From an uncultured Gammaproteobacteria bacterium (lineage in GTDB: Bacteria; Pseudomonadota; Gammaproteobacteria; Magnimaribacterales; Magnimaribacteraceae), in assembly GCA_964635015.1 (NCBI GenBank), contig CAZWMS010000002.1, positions 647-64,646 on the forward strand: a stretch of 64,000 bases of DNA, given 5' to 3'. The translations under genes were made by a program, and so were the position numbers. The notes under the pieces are model-generated. The model had not been told where the DNA came from. It saw only the letters and a list, made by a program, of their open reading frames with translations, and ran no database searches. Shown piece by piece: positions 9,700-18,575 of this stretch (positions are counted from its first letter, which is position 1; each line of letters begins with the position of its first letter).

Positions 9700-10171
9700 C
9701 TAAAGACAACTGTTCAAGCATAAACATTGCAGTTCTTGCAACTTCAGCTCCTTTATTTCCCTTTTCTGGGTCCGCTCTAACTAAGGCTTCTGCTTCTGTA
9801 TTGGTAGTCAATACTCCAAAAAGAATTGGTTTATTGGACTCTAGAGAAACTTTAGTTAATCCATAAGAGCAGCTGTTTGCTATCAGCTCAAAGTGATAGG
9901 TTTCTCCTTTTATTATAGCCCCTAGAGCAATTATTACGTCTAAGTTACCTTGTTGTATCATTTTTTTTGCAGCATAAGGCAACTCAAAAGCTCCAGAAAC
10001 TTCGGTACAATTTATATTATCAGCTGCAACACCTTGAGATATTAATTCCTTTTTTGTATTTTCCAGGAGTATCTGCACAACGGCTTTATTCCATTGTGTA
10101 TGGATTATTCCATAATTAGATTCCCTAGAAACATCTGTTGTATTTAGTTTAATTTCAACTTTTGAGGCCAT
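9692..10171 (-). CDS. ribH: 6,7-dimethyl-8-ribityllumazine synthase
   Basis: Motifs VSGAFELPYAAKK and ALGAIIKGETYHFE are present. It lies inside the rib cluster. Confidence 0.93.
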   Translation of the reverse strand: MASKVEIKLNTTDVSRESNYGIIHTQWNKAVVQILLENTKKELISQGVAADNINCTEVSGAFELPYAAKKMIQQGNLDVIIALGAIIKGETYHFELIANSCSYGLTKVSLESNKPILFGVLTTNTEAEALVRADPEKGNKGAEVARTAMFMLEQLSLDE

Positions 10172-10174
10172 CGT

Positions 10175-11266
10175 TTAATTTATAAATTCTGTGATTTCTA
10201 GGTCAAATCCTGATAAAGGGTACTTAACTTTAGCACCCAACAGTCTTATTCTTCTTATACCTAGATCTCTTAAGATTTGAGCTCCTATTCCTACTATTCT
10301 GTTATCAGGAGATTCTAATTGAGAATCTTTCTTTCTTCCCTTAAGGAAATTAATGTTCTTTAGTATTTCCTCTGGTGTTTCTTCTTGAGAAAGTAATAAC
10401 AAAACACCATTACCTTCTTTGGCAATTTTTGACATTGCCTTAGCAAAAGACCACCTTCTTCCAAATCCATTTATACTCATAACATCGTGCAAAGTGTTAT
10501 TTTGCTGAACCCTCACCATAGTTTCTTTTTCTTTAGATATTTTTCCTTTGAGCAAGACCAAGTGAGTTCTATAAAAAATAGAATCTTTATATGAAATTAA
10601 AGTAAATTTTCCATACTCTGTGTTTACATCTGTTTGGTTTAATTTCTCAATCTTTTTTTCATTTATATTTCTGTAATGAATTAAATTGGCAATTGTACCT
10701 ATCTTTAAGTTATGTTTTTTAGCGAATTTTTCTAAGTCATCTCTTCTTGCCATACTTCCATCTTCATTCATTATTTCTACAATAACTGCTGCGGGTTCAA
10801 GGCCAGCTAAATTAGCAAGATCAAGACCAGCTTCTGTATGACCAGCCCTACTCAACACTCCTCCACTAGAGGCCCTTAAAGGGAAAACATGACCCGGTTG
10901 CACAATATCTTCTGGTGAAGCATCTTTTTTAACAGCTGCAAGTATGGTAGTTGTTCTGTCTGAAGCTGATATACCTGTAGTAACGCCTTTTGCGGCCTCG
11001 ATAGAAACTGTAAAAGCAGTATTGTGTTTAGTTCTATTGTCTCTAACCATTGGTTCTAGTTTAAGCTGTTCGCACCTTTCTTCATTCAAAACCAGGCAGA
11101 TTAGTCCCCTTGCATGAGTAGCCATAAAATTAATAGATTCAGAGCTCACCTTTTCAGCTGCTAAAACTAGATCTCCTTCATTCTCTCTATCCTCGTCATC
11201 AGTTAATATGACCATTTTTCCTTTGGAGATATCAGAAATTAATTCTTGTATAGAGTTTAGTTTCAT
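10175..11266 (-). CDS. ribBA: 3,4-dihydroxy-2-butanone-4-phosphate synthase with a C-terminal GTP cyclohydrolase II-like domain
   Basis: DHBP synthase motifs DDEDRENEGDL and GHTEAGLDL are present. The C-terminal half aligns to GCH II by position but lacks the Cys-rich zinc motif (see findings). Confidence 0.9.
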   Translation of the reverse strand: MKLNSIQELISDISKGKMVILTDDEDRENEGDLVLAAEKVSSESINFMATHARGLICLVLNEERCEQLKLEPMVRDNRTKHNTAFTVSIEAAKGVTTGISASDRTTTILAAVKKDASPEDIVQPGHVFPLRASSGGVLSRAGHTEAGLDLANLAGLEPAAVIVEIMNEDGSMARRDDLEKFAKKHNLKIGTIANLIHYRNINEKKIEKLNQTDVNTEYGKFTLISYKDSIFYRTHLVLLKGKISKEKETMVRVQQNNTLHDVMSINGFGRRWSFAKAMSKIAKEGNGVLLLLSQEETPEEILKNINFLKGRKKDSQLESPDNRIVGIGAQILRDLGIRRIRLLGAKVKYPLSGFDLEITEFIN

Positions 11267-11269
11267 TTT

Positions 11270-12373
11270 TTATCTGTAAGAAATCTCTGCTTTCAATTTT
11301 AGATCTTTTCCTATTTCTTTGATATCTAAAATATTAAGGTCAATTGTACCTATTGAGTTTTTTAATTTAATAAAATTTAATTTTTCTTTACCTAAAAGTT
11401 TTGGTGAGAAGTAAATCACAAGTTCATCTATCAGTTTTTCTTTAACTAAAGAACTTACTAGTTTTGGTCCTGATTCTACTAGAATATAGTTTATTTCCTT
11501 TTTGACTAAACATTTCATTACTTCTTTCAGTGAGATTTGACCATTTTTTTCTTTTATTTTTATTAGCTCAACTGAAGGGCTAGAATAGTCTGTTCTCTTT
11601 GTATCTTTATGGAAGACAAGTGTAGGAAGCCTGTCTTGTAAAACATTTTCTGTACCTTTTAGACTAAGCTTACTATCAAGGATACCTCTAATTGGTTGGA
11701 AGTAAGTATTAGTTTGATTTTCATTTTCAATTTGAATTCTTACATTTAATCTTGGATTATCATTAAGGACAGTCCCTATTCCAGTTAAGATTACATCGGA
11801 TTTAGCTCTCATTCTTTGAACATCAACTCTAGATTCTTTTGAACTTATCCACTTACTCTCTCCATTGCTTAAGGCAATTCCTCCATCTAATGAGCAGGCT
11901 AATTTACAGGTTATGTAAGGTCTTTTTTTATTTATCCTAGAAAAGAATCCTTTATTTAGATTTTCAGAAACTTTATTCAAAATTCCTGACTTTATTTCTA
12001 TACCTGAATTTAAAAGCTCTTCAACTCCATTTTGGGTTGGGTCCTCATTGGCTATAAAGATTTTTTTAATTCCTGATTCAATGATGGCTTTAGTACAGGG
12101 AGGAGTTCTCCCTTTTTTTGAACATGGTTCTAGATTTATGAAAGCAGTGCTGCCGTTTAATTTCTCTTTCGCTGAAGTTCCATATCTTTCTTTGACATTA
12201 TTAATAGCCATTGTTTCAGCGTGTTTATCACCAGGTTTAATATGCCAACCTTCCCCAAGAATACTGTCATTTTTTACAATTACGCAACCTACCATTGGAT
12301 TTGGACTTGCTGTGTAAATTCCTTTTTCAGCAAGTTTTAGAGCATGCATCATATGCTCTTTTTCACTAGTCAT
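11270..12373 (-). CDS. ribD: Bifunctional riboflavin biosynthesis deaminase/reductase RibD
   Basis: The cytidine-deaminase zinc motif is present (HAETMAI ... EPCSKKGRTPPC). A C-terminal RibD reductase domain follows. Confidence 0.93.
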   Translation of the reverse strand: MTSEKEHMMHALKLAEKGIYTASPNPMVGCVIVKNDSILGEGWHIKPGDKHAETMAINNVKERYGTSAKEKLNGSTAFINLEPCSKKGRTPPCTKAIIESGIKKIFIANEDPTQNGVEELLNSGIEIKSGILNKVSENLNKGFFSRINKKRPYITCKLACSLDGGIALSNGESKWISSKESRVDVQRMRAKSDVILTGIGTVLNDNPRLNVRIQIENENQTNTYFQPIRGILDSKLSLKGTENVLQDRLPTLVFHKDTKRTDYSSPSVELIKIKEKNGQISLKEVMKCLVKKEINYILVESGPKLVSSLVKEKLIDELVIYFSPKLLGKEKLNFIKLKNSIGTIDLNILDIKEIGKDLKLKAEISYR

Positions 12374-12375
12374 TT

Positions 12376-12831
12376 CTAGTCTTCAGAGAGCTTTTTTACT
12401 TCTTCACTAAAATCAGTTATATCTTCAAATCTTCTGTAGACTGAAGAAAATCTTATAAAGGCTACTTCATCTACTTTTCTTAGATTTTTCATAACTGCTT
12501 CACCAATGAGTCTTGAAGGGACTTCCCTTTCTCCTGAGACCCTAATATCTTTTTTTATATTTTCTATTAACTTTTCAATTTCTTCTTCACCCACAGGTCT
12601 TTTTTCTAAAGCCCTGTAAATACCTTCTCTTAATTTTTGTTCATTAAAAGGTTCTCTCATGTTGTCCTTTTGTTTTATAACCTTTGGCATTAACAACTCT
12701 GCTGTTTCAAAGGTAGTAAATCTCTCTCCACATTCTGTACATTCCCTTCTTCTTCTTGTTTGGAGTCCTTCAGAAATTAATCTGGAATCTATAACTTTTG
12801 TGTCTGAGTAAGTACAGTATGGGCAGTGCAT
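12376..12831 (-). CDS. nrdR: Transcriptional repressor NrdR
   Basis: The sequence MHCPYC...[12 protein letters not shown] forms a zinc ribbon, followed by an ATP-cone. It lies between glyA and ribD, as is common. Confidence 0.95.
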   Translation of the reverse strand: MHCPYCTYSDTKVIDSRLISEGLQTRRRRECTECGERFTTFETAELLMPKVIKQKDNMREPFNEQKLREGIYRALEKRPVGEEEIEKLIENIKKDIRVSGEREVPSRLIGEAVMKNLRKVDEVAFIRFSSVYRRFEDITDFSEEVKKLSED

Positions 12832-12838
12832 ATTCTTT

Positions 12839-14095
12839 TTAAAGCCTATAAACAGGGAAATTAGAACACAAATCTTGAACCTGTTTTTTAGTTTTATCTA
12901 TTATATCTCTATTATTTATATCTTCGAGTATGTTACAAATCCATGAGGCAACTAGAGAAACTTCTTCTTCTTTAAATCCCCTAGTAGTAACAGCAGGTGT
13001 TCCTATTCTTAGTCCGCTTGTAACAAAACGAGATTGAGGGTCATTAGGAACAGCATTTTTATTTAAAGTTATATTAGCTTTCCCTAATTTTTCCTCTACC
13101 ACTTTACCAGTAATATTCTTATTAATTAGATCTACAAGAAACATATGATTTTTTGTTCCTTTAGAAACAATATTAACCCCTCTTTCCTGAAAGACCTGAC
13201 TCATAGTATTAGCATTTTTTAATACTTGATTTTGATACAACTTAAATTCAGGCTCTAATGCCTCCTTAAAACAAACTGCTTTTGCAGCTATTGCATGCAT
13301 TAAAGGTCCTCCTTGAGATCCAGGTATTACTGACGAATTTAGTTTCTGTTGTATTTCTTCATTTTGTTTGGCCAATATTAAACCACCTCTTGGACCCCTT
13401 AAAGTTTTATGAGTAGTTGTTGTAACCACATCTGCAAAGGGAAGGGGTGTTGGGTAGAGGTTGACAGCAACAAGCCCGGCTACATGAGCCATATCTACAA
13501 GTAAATAGGCACCTACATCATCAGCAATTATTCTAAATTTTTCCCAATTAACTATTCCAGAAAAGGCAGAAAAGCCTGCAATAATAAGTTTTGGTTTATG
13601 TTCTTTTGCTAAAGATTTAACTTCTTCATAGTCTATATCTCCTGAATTTTCATCTAATCCATATTGAAAGGCTTTGTAGGTTTTTCCTGAAAAGTTAACA
13701 CTTGTTCCATGACTCAAATGACCTCCATGGTCAAGGCTCATTCCGAGAATTGTATCTCCAGGCTCACATAAAGCTAAATAAACAGCAAGATTTGCACTAG
13801 ATCCTGAATGAGGCTGAACATTAGCAAAGTCTGCTTTAAAAAGTTCTTTTGCTCTTTCAATGGCAAGGCTTTCAGCAATATCTACGAATTCACATCCTCC
13901 GTAATACCTTTTTCCTGGATATCCTTCAGCATATTTGTTTGTTAAAACAGAGCCCTGAGCCTCAAGAACCCTTCTAGAAGCATAATTTTCTGAAGCTATT
14001 AATTCAATGTGTTCTTCTTGTCTTTTCAACTCACCAGCAATAGATTGCCAAAGGTCAGGATCAAAATCCTCAATTGACGAATTATTTATGTTCAT
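12839..14095 (-). CDS. glyA: Serine hydroxymethyltransferase
   Basis: The PLP-lysine region [14 protein letters not shown] is present, as is ELIASENY at the N-terminus. Length is 418 aa. Confidence 0.96.
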   Translation of the reverse strand: MNINNSSIEDFDPDLWQSIAGELKRQEEHIELIASENYASRRVLEAQGSVLTNKYAEGYPGKRYYGGCEFVDIAESLAIERAKELFKADFANVQPHSGSSANLAVYLALCEPGDTILGMSLDHGGHLSHGTSVNFSGKTYKAFQYGLDENSGDIDYEEVKSLAKEHKPKLIIAGFSAFSGIVNWEKFRIIADDVGAYLLVDMAHVAGLVAVNLYPTPLPFADVVTTTTHKTLRGPRGGLILAKQNEEIQQKLNSSVIPGSQGGPLMHAIAAKAVCFKEALEPEFKLYQNQVLKNANTMSQVFQERGVNIVSKGTKNHMFLVDLINKNITGKVVEEKLGKANITLNKNAVPNDPQSRFVTSGLRIGTPAVTTRGFKEEEVSLVASWICNILEDINNRDIIDKTKKQVQDLCSNFPVYRL

Positions 14096-14182
14096 ATATT
14101 TATTTTGTTAATGATTAAACTAGGAATATTAAATTAGATTTAAGGGAATTATACTCGACCCCAAAAACTAAATATCTAGATA

Positions 14183-14836
14183 TTAAGATTTTTTTGTCTT
14201 TATAGGTTTTTTTCTTTTTGGATTACAGTTCTTACAAATTTGACAATATAATCCATAACATTCTCTTGCTTTACAGTATTCTCTGCCATAGAGGATGATC
14301 TGGATGTGAAGCTTATTCCATTTTTCTTTGGGAAATATTCTTTTTAGGTCTATTTCTGTTTTTTTTACACTCTTTCCATCAGTTAATCTCCAGCGCTGAG
14401 CTAGTCTATGAACATGAGTATCTACTGGGAAGGCGGGTATATTAAAACCCTGCCCCATAACAACTGAGGCTGTTTTATGACCAACTCCAGGTAAAGATTC
14501 TAGTTCTTCAAAGGACTTAGGTACTTTACCAGAAAAATTTTTTAATAAAATTTTGCTCAGATTATATATCGATCGAGATTTCTTAGGTGACAGACCACAA
14601 GGTTTTATTATCTTCTTAATTTCTTTTACTCCAAGGGAAACCATTTCTTTAGGATTTTTTGCTTTTGAAAAAAGTTTTGGTGTGACACTATTTACTCTTA
14701 TATCTGTACATTGTGCAGATAAAATAACTGCTATTAATAGAGTAAATATAGAAGTGTGTTTTAATGGAATAGGTGGTTTTGGGTAAAGCCTATTAAGAGT
14801 TTTAAATATATAATCAGCTCTTTCAAGTTTATTCAT
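14183..14836 (-). CDS. nth: Endonuclease III (DNA glycosylase/AP lyase)
   Basis: The HhH-GPD motif LPGVGHKTASVVM contains the catalytic Lys, and VDTHVHRL is present. The C-terminal Cys cluster has non-canonical spacing. Confidence 0.88.
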   Translation of the reverse strand: MNKLERADYIFKTLNRLYPKPPIPLKHTSIFTLLIAVILSAQCTDIRVNSVTPKLFSKAKNPKEMVSLGVKEIKKIIKPCGLSPKKSRSIYNLSKILLKNFSGKVPKSFEELESLPGVGHKTASVVMGQGFNIPAFPVDTHVHRLAQRWRLTDGKSVKKTEIDLKRIFPKEKWNKLHIQIILYGREYCKARECYGLYCQICKNCNPKRKKPIKTKKS

Positions 14837-14898
14837 GTTAGTTAAGATTATAGTTATAAACTCGTTGCTTTATTTGTTTTTCTTTTTAATATTTAAGA

Positions 14899-15198
14899 AT
14901 GTTTAAACAAAGAATTTTTAAGTTTTTAATAATTTTGCAAGAGCATCTAAATGAGGAAAAGGACTCCACTAAAGAGATGTTAAAAGCTTATTATCATTAT
15001 TTGAATAAAAATGTAACTGAAGATGAACTTAGAACAGCAAATCTTCATTTGAAGAAGATATTACAAGAACTCAATATGGGCTTGCTAGCCTCATTGCCAT
15101 TTTCACCCATATCTATTCCATTAATAGCTTTCTTAGCTAAGAAATTAAAGGTTGATATTGTTCCAGATTGGTTTAAAGAATCTTCTTTTAAGAAGTAA
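14899..15198 (+). CDS. Hypothetical protein, 99 aa, possibly LETM1-like
   Basis: This is a stand-alone ORF transcribed divergently from nth. The C-terminal hydrophobic stretch LPFSPISIPLIAFLAKKLKVDIVPDWF resembles the LETM1 core motif (see findings). That similarity has not been verified. Confidence 0.5.
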   Translation: MFKQRIFKFLIILQEHLNEEKDSTKEMLKAYYHYLNKNVTEDELRTANLHLKKILQELNMGLLASLPFSPISIPLIAFLAKKLKVDIVPDWFKESSFKK

Positions 15199-15284
15199 TT
15201 ATTCATATTTCTTGCTTATTCTGTTTTCCTAACCTAACATCTTTTGCCCAATCAAAAAATTAAATAACCTTAAGGGAGAGAAAT

Positions 15285-16478
15285 ATGCCTAATGCAGTAA
15301 TAATTGATAGTGTAAGAACTGGTTTAGCCAAATCTTTTAGGGGGGGTTTTAACATAACTCGTGCAGATGACATGACTGCTCACATTGTTGATGCCATGAT
15401 GGAAAGAAATCCACAGGTAGATAGCTCTTTAGTTGAAGATATATATTTAGGTTGTGGTAACCCAGAAGGGCCCCAAGGACACAATATTGCTAGAAACGTA
15501 GCAGTACTGTCTAAACTGCCAATAGAGACTGGAGGTGTTACAGTAAATAGATATTGTTCTTCAGGTTTACAAACAGTTGCTATGGCAGCTACTCAAGTTC
15601 AAAGTGGTTTTGCTGATTGTTTAATTGCAGGCGGAGTTGAATCAATAAGTACTGTTCAAGGAAATACAAACACCCACATGTTTGTAAACGAAAAAATAGC
15701 TGAAACAGTTCCGGGTATTTATCATGCTATGGGGACAACAGCTGAAAAAGTAGCTAAAACTTACAAAGTTACTAGAGAGTCTCAAGATGAATACTCGCTT
15801 TCTAGTCAACAAAAAACCTCACAAGCACAAGAACAGGGTTTGTTTGATGATGAAATCATACCAATGAAAACCAGGATGTTACTTAAGAACAAAGAAACTG
15901 GGGCTGAAAAGGAAGTCGATGAAGTGGTAGATAGGGATACTTGCAATAGACCTGAGACAACTTTAGAGGGTTTAGCAAGTCTTAACCCTGTCTTTGATCC
16001 AGAGAATGGTAGTGTTACTGCTGGAAATTCTTCTCAACTATCTGATGGAGCCTCAGTTACTCTTGTTATGAATGAAGATAAGGCAAAAGAACTAGGACTT
16101 AAGCCTTTATCTTTTTTTAAAGGATTCACTGTGGTGGGGTGTCAACCAGATGAAATGGGTATAGGCCCAGTATTTTCTATTCCTAAACTTTTAAAGTCTG
16201 CTGGGTTAAAGATAGAGGATATAGATTTATGGGAACTTAATGAAGCTTTTGCATCTCAAGTTGTATATATAAGGGATAAACTAAACCTTCCTTCAGAGAA
16301 ACTAAACGTTAATGGAGGGTCTATTTCTATTGGTCATCCTTTTGGTATGACTGGATCTAGGCAAGTGGGTCATTTATCTAGAGAATTAAGGCGCAGAGGC
16401 GGTAAGTACGGAGTAGTTACCATGTGTGTTGGTGGAGGAATGGGTGCTGCAGGTTTATTTGAAGCAATTCCAGAGTGA
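15285..16478 (+). CDS. Acetyl-CoA C-acyltransferase / thiolase
   Basis: The active-site Cys region VNRYCSSGLQ is present, with NEAFA and CVGGGMGAAGLFE at the C-terminus. The RBS is AAGGGAGAG. Confidence 0.92.
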   Translation: MPNAVIIDSVRTGLAKSFRGGFNITRADDMTAHIVDAMMERNPQVDSSLVEDIYLGCGNPEGPQGHNIARNVAVLSKLPIETGGVTVNRYCSSGLQTVAMAATQVQSGFADCLIAGGVESISTVQGNTNTHMFVNEKIAETVPGIYHAMGTTAEKVAKTYKVTRESQDEYSLSSQQKTSQAQEQGLFDDEIIPMKTRMLLKNKETGAEKEVDEVVDRDTCNRPETTLEGLASLNPVFDPENGSVTAGNSSQLSDGASVTLVMNEDKAKELGLKPLSFFKGFTVVGCQPDEMGIGPVFSIPKLLKSAGLKIEDIDLWELNEAFASQVVYIRDKLNLPSEKLNVNGGSISIGHPFGMTGSRQVGHLSRELRRRGGKYGVVTMCVGGGMGAAGLFEAIPE

Positions 16479-16485
16479 ATAAATC

Positions 16486-17439
16486 TTGCTTAAAAGCCAA
16501 GACAAAGAGAATGAATTTACAGTAATTAGAGACTATTTCTCAGGTATAGGTTTAGATTACTTAACAGACCAAGGCATAAAGCTTTCTGTAGGAGATGATG
16601 CTTCTGTAATAAAAGTACCTCCAACCAAAGAACAAGTTGTATCTGTAGACACTTCTATAGAGGGAGTGCACTTCCCAAAATCTATGAAGGCAGAAGATAT
16701 TGCCTATAGGTCTGTTGCAGTAGCTTTAAGTGATTTGGCTGCTTGCGGAGCTTCACCTGCCTGGTTTACTTTAGCAATTTCTTTGAAGGAAATTAATCAC
16801 AAATGGCTGAGTAATTTTAAAAAAGGATTACAAGATATTTCAAAGGAATTTGCCTTCCCTCTTATAGGAGGCGATACAACCAAGGGGAATTTATGTATTA
16901 CAGTGCAAGTTGCCGGATATGTTGATATTGGGAAAACAATTACCAGGTCAGGGGCAAAGATAGGTGATTTAATCTATGTTACTGGTACTGTAGGAGACGC
17001 ATCGTTAGGTTTAAGGGCCTTTAATGAGGGTTCTTCAAAATTTTCAGAGTATGTTAAGAAGTTTTCAAGACCAAAGGCAAGGATAGGAGTTGGAGAAAAA
17101 CTCCTTAAAGTAGCTAGTTCCTCTATAGATATTTCAGATGGTTTAATTCAGGACTTGAATCAAATTTGCTTGGTTAATGGAGTGGGTGCAAATGTGTTTC
17201 TAAAAAAGATTCCATCAAATGTTTCCAACTCCGAATTAGCTAATTTAATTAATTCTGGAGATGATTATGAAATCTGTTTTACTGCACAAGAATCCTTTCA
17301 AGATAGTATAGATCTAATATCTAGGGATTTGGGTGTTTCAATAAAATGTATAGGGGAGATTATTGAAGGAAAGGGCGTCAAAGTGATTTCTGAAAGCCTT
17401 AATCCTATCCAAGTAAAATCAGGGTATAAGCATTTTTAA
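16486..17439 (+). CDS. thiL: Thiamine-monophosphate kinase
   Basis: AIR-synthase-like motifs GDDASVI and GGDTTKG are present. It has a TTG start and is followed by pgpA, as in other Gammaproteobacteria. Confidence 0.9.
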   Translation: MLKSQDKENEFTVIRDYFSGIGLDYLTDQGIKLSVGDDASVIKVPPTKEQVVSVDTSIEGVHFPKSMKAEDIAYRSVAVALSDLAACGASPAWFTLAISLKEINHKWLSNFKKGLQDISKEFAFPLIGGDTTKGNLCITVQVAGYVDIGKTITRSGAKIGDLIYVTGTVGDASLGLRAFNEGSSKFSEYVKKFSRPKARIGVGEKLLKVASSSIDISDGLIQDLNQICLVNGVGANVFLKKIPSNVSNSELANLINSGDDYEICFTAQESFQDSIDLISRDLGVSIKCIGEIIEGKGVKVISESLNPIQVKSGYKHF

Positions 17440-17444
17440 ATTAA

Positions 17445-17933
17445 ATGAAGAAGAATTTAGATTTTAGAAACCCTCTTACCTTCATTTCAACAGGATTTGG
17501 ATTAGGTTTGTTTCCTGTAGTCCCTGGAACAGTTAGTAGTTTTTTTGCTGCTATTTTTTATTTATTTTTCTTTGACCCCTTTATTTCTAACTTTTATTAC
17601 CTCTTGCTTTTTATTTGTTTTATTTTACTTAGTCTAGTTTTAGGAATCCTAATTTACCCTTTAACAACAAATTCGGATAAAGATCCCCCTTACTTTGTTT
17701 GGGATGAGTTTATAGGAATGTGGATTGCCTGTTTGCCAGTTAGCTTTACTTCAAACAGTTTCATATTTCTAATTTACTCTTTTGTTCTATTTAGATTATT
17801 TGATATATGGAAGCCATGGATTATTCAATATTTTAATAAAATGGAAAATGGCATAGGTGTAATGATGGATGATGTATTTGCGGGATTATTCTCTTGTTTC
17901 TTTGTATCACTAACTATTTATATTCTCTCCTGA
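17445..17933 (+). CDS. pgpA: Phosphatidylglycerophosphatase A
   Basis: PgpA motifs GLGLFPVVPGTVSS, WDEFIGMW, FRLFDIWKPW and MMDDVFAG are present. Confidence 0.9.
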   Translation: MKKNLDFRNPLTFISTGFGLGLFPVVPGTVSSFFAAIFYLFFFDPFISNFYYLLLFICFILLSLVLGILIYPLTTNSDKDPPYFVWDEFIGMWIACLPVSFTSNSFIFLIYSFVLFRLFDIWKPWIIQYFNKMENGIGVMMDDVFAGLFSCFFVSLTIYILS

Positions 17934-17981
17934 GATTGATAAGAAAATATACTGTAAAATACTGGTATTAAGGAAAATGTA

Positions 17982-18575
17982 TTGACTATAAAATTTATAG
18001 CCAAAGCTAAATTGCCCACTAATTGGGCTGACTTCAAGGTCTTAGCTTTTAAGGACATGTCAACAGAAGAAGAACATCTAGTTCTCTCATTAGGCGAAGA
18101 CCATAAATCTCCATTGTTAAGAATCCATTCTCAATGTTTAACTGGGGATGCTCTTTTTAGCTTGAGATGTGATTGTGGACCGCAATTAGAATTAGCTTTA
18201 AAGATGATAAGCCAAGAGGGAGGTGGTTTTTTAATTTACATGGCCCAAGAAGGAAGGGGCATAGGGTTGGGGAATAAAATAAAAGCTTATGAGCTTCAGG
18301 ATAAGGAGGGAATCAATACAGTTGAAGCAAATGAAAGATTGGGTTTTGAAGCTGATCAAAGGGATTATTCTATATGTGGGAAAATATTATCCACCTTAAA
18401 AGTTTCTTCAGTAAGATTAATGACTAACAATCCATCAAAAGTTGAAGGACTAGAATCATCAGGAATTAAAGTAGAAAAAAGAATTCCTTTGACCATAACT
18501 CCATCAGAACACAACAAAGAATATCTGTTAGTTAAGGAAGCTTCAATGGGCCATCTTTTTAAAAATAATACCTAA
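17982..18575 (+). CDS. ribA: GTP cyclohydrolase II
   Basis: Motifs RIHSQCLTGDALFSLRCDCGPQL (zinc Cys triad) and EGRGIGLGNKIKAYELQD are present. It has a TTG start. Confidence 0.93.
   Translation: MTIKFIAKAKLPTNWADFKVLAFKDMSTEEEHLVLSLGEDHKSPLLRIHSQCLTGDALFSLRCDCGPQLELALKMISQEGGGFLIYMAQEGRGIGLGNKIKAYELQDKEGINTVEANERLGFEADQRDYSICGKILSTLKVSSVRLMTNNPSKVEGLESSGIKVEKRIPLTITPSEHNKEYLLVKEASMGHLFKNNT

Noticed and set aside
14171-14184. A perfect 14-bp palindrome AATATCTAGATATT overlaps the nth stop codon, about 80 bp upstream of the glyA start.
   Set aside because: It has no loop, so it is a poor hairpin. It does not resemble known glyA regulators' sites such as the PurR box. A chance AT palindrome is plausible in this composition. 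Without comparative data I keep it only as a note.
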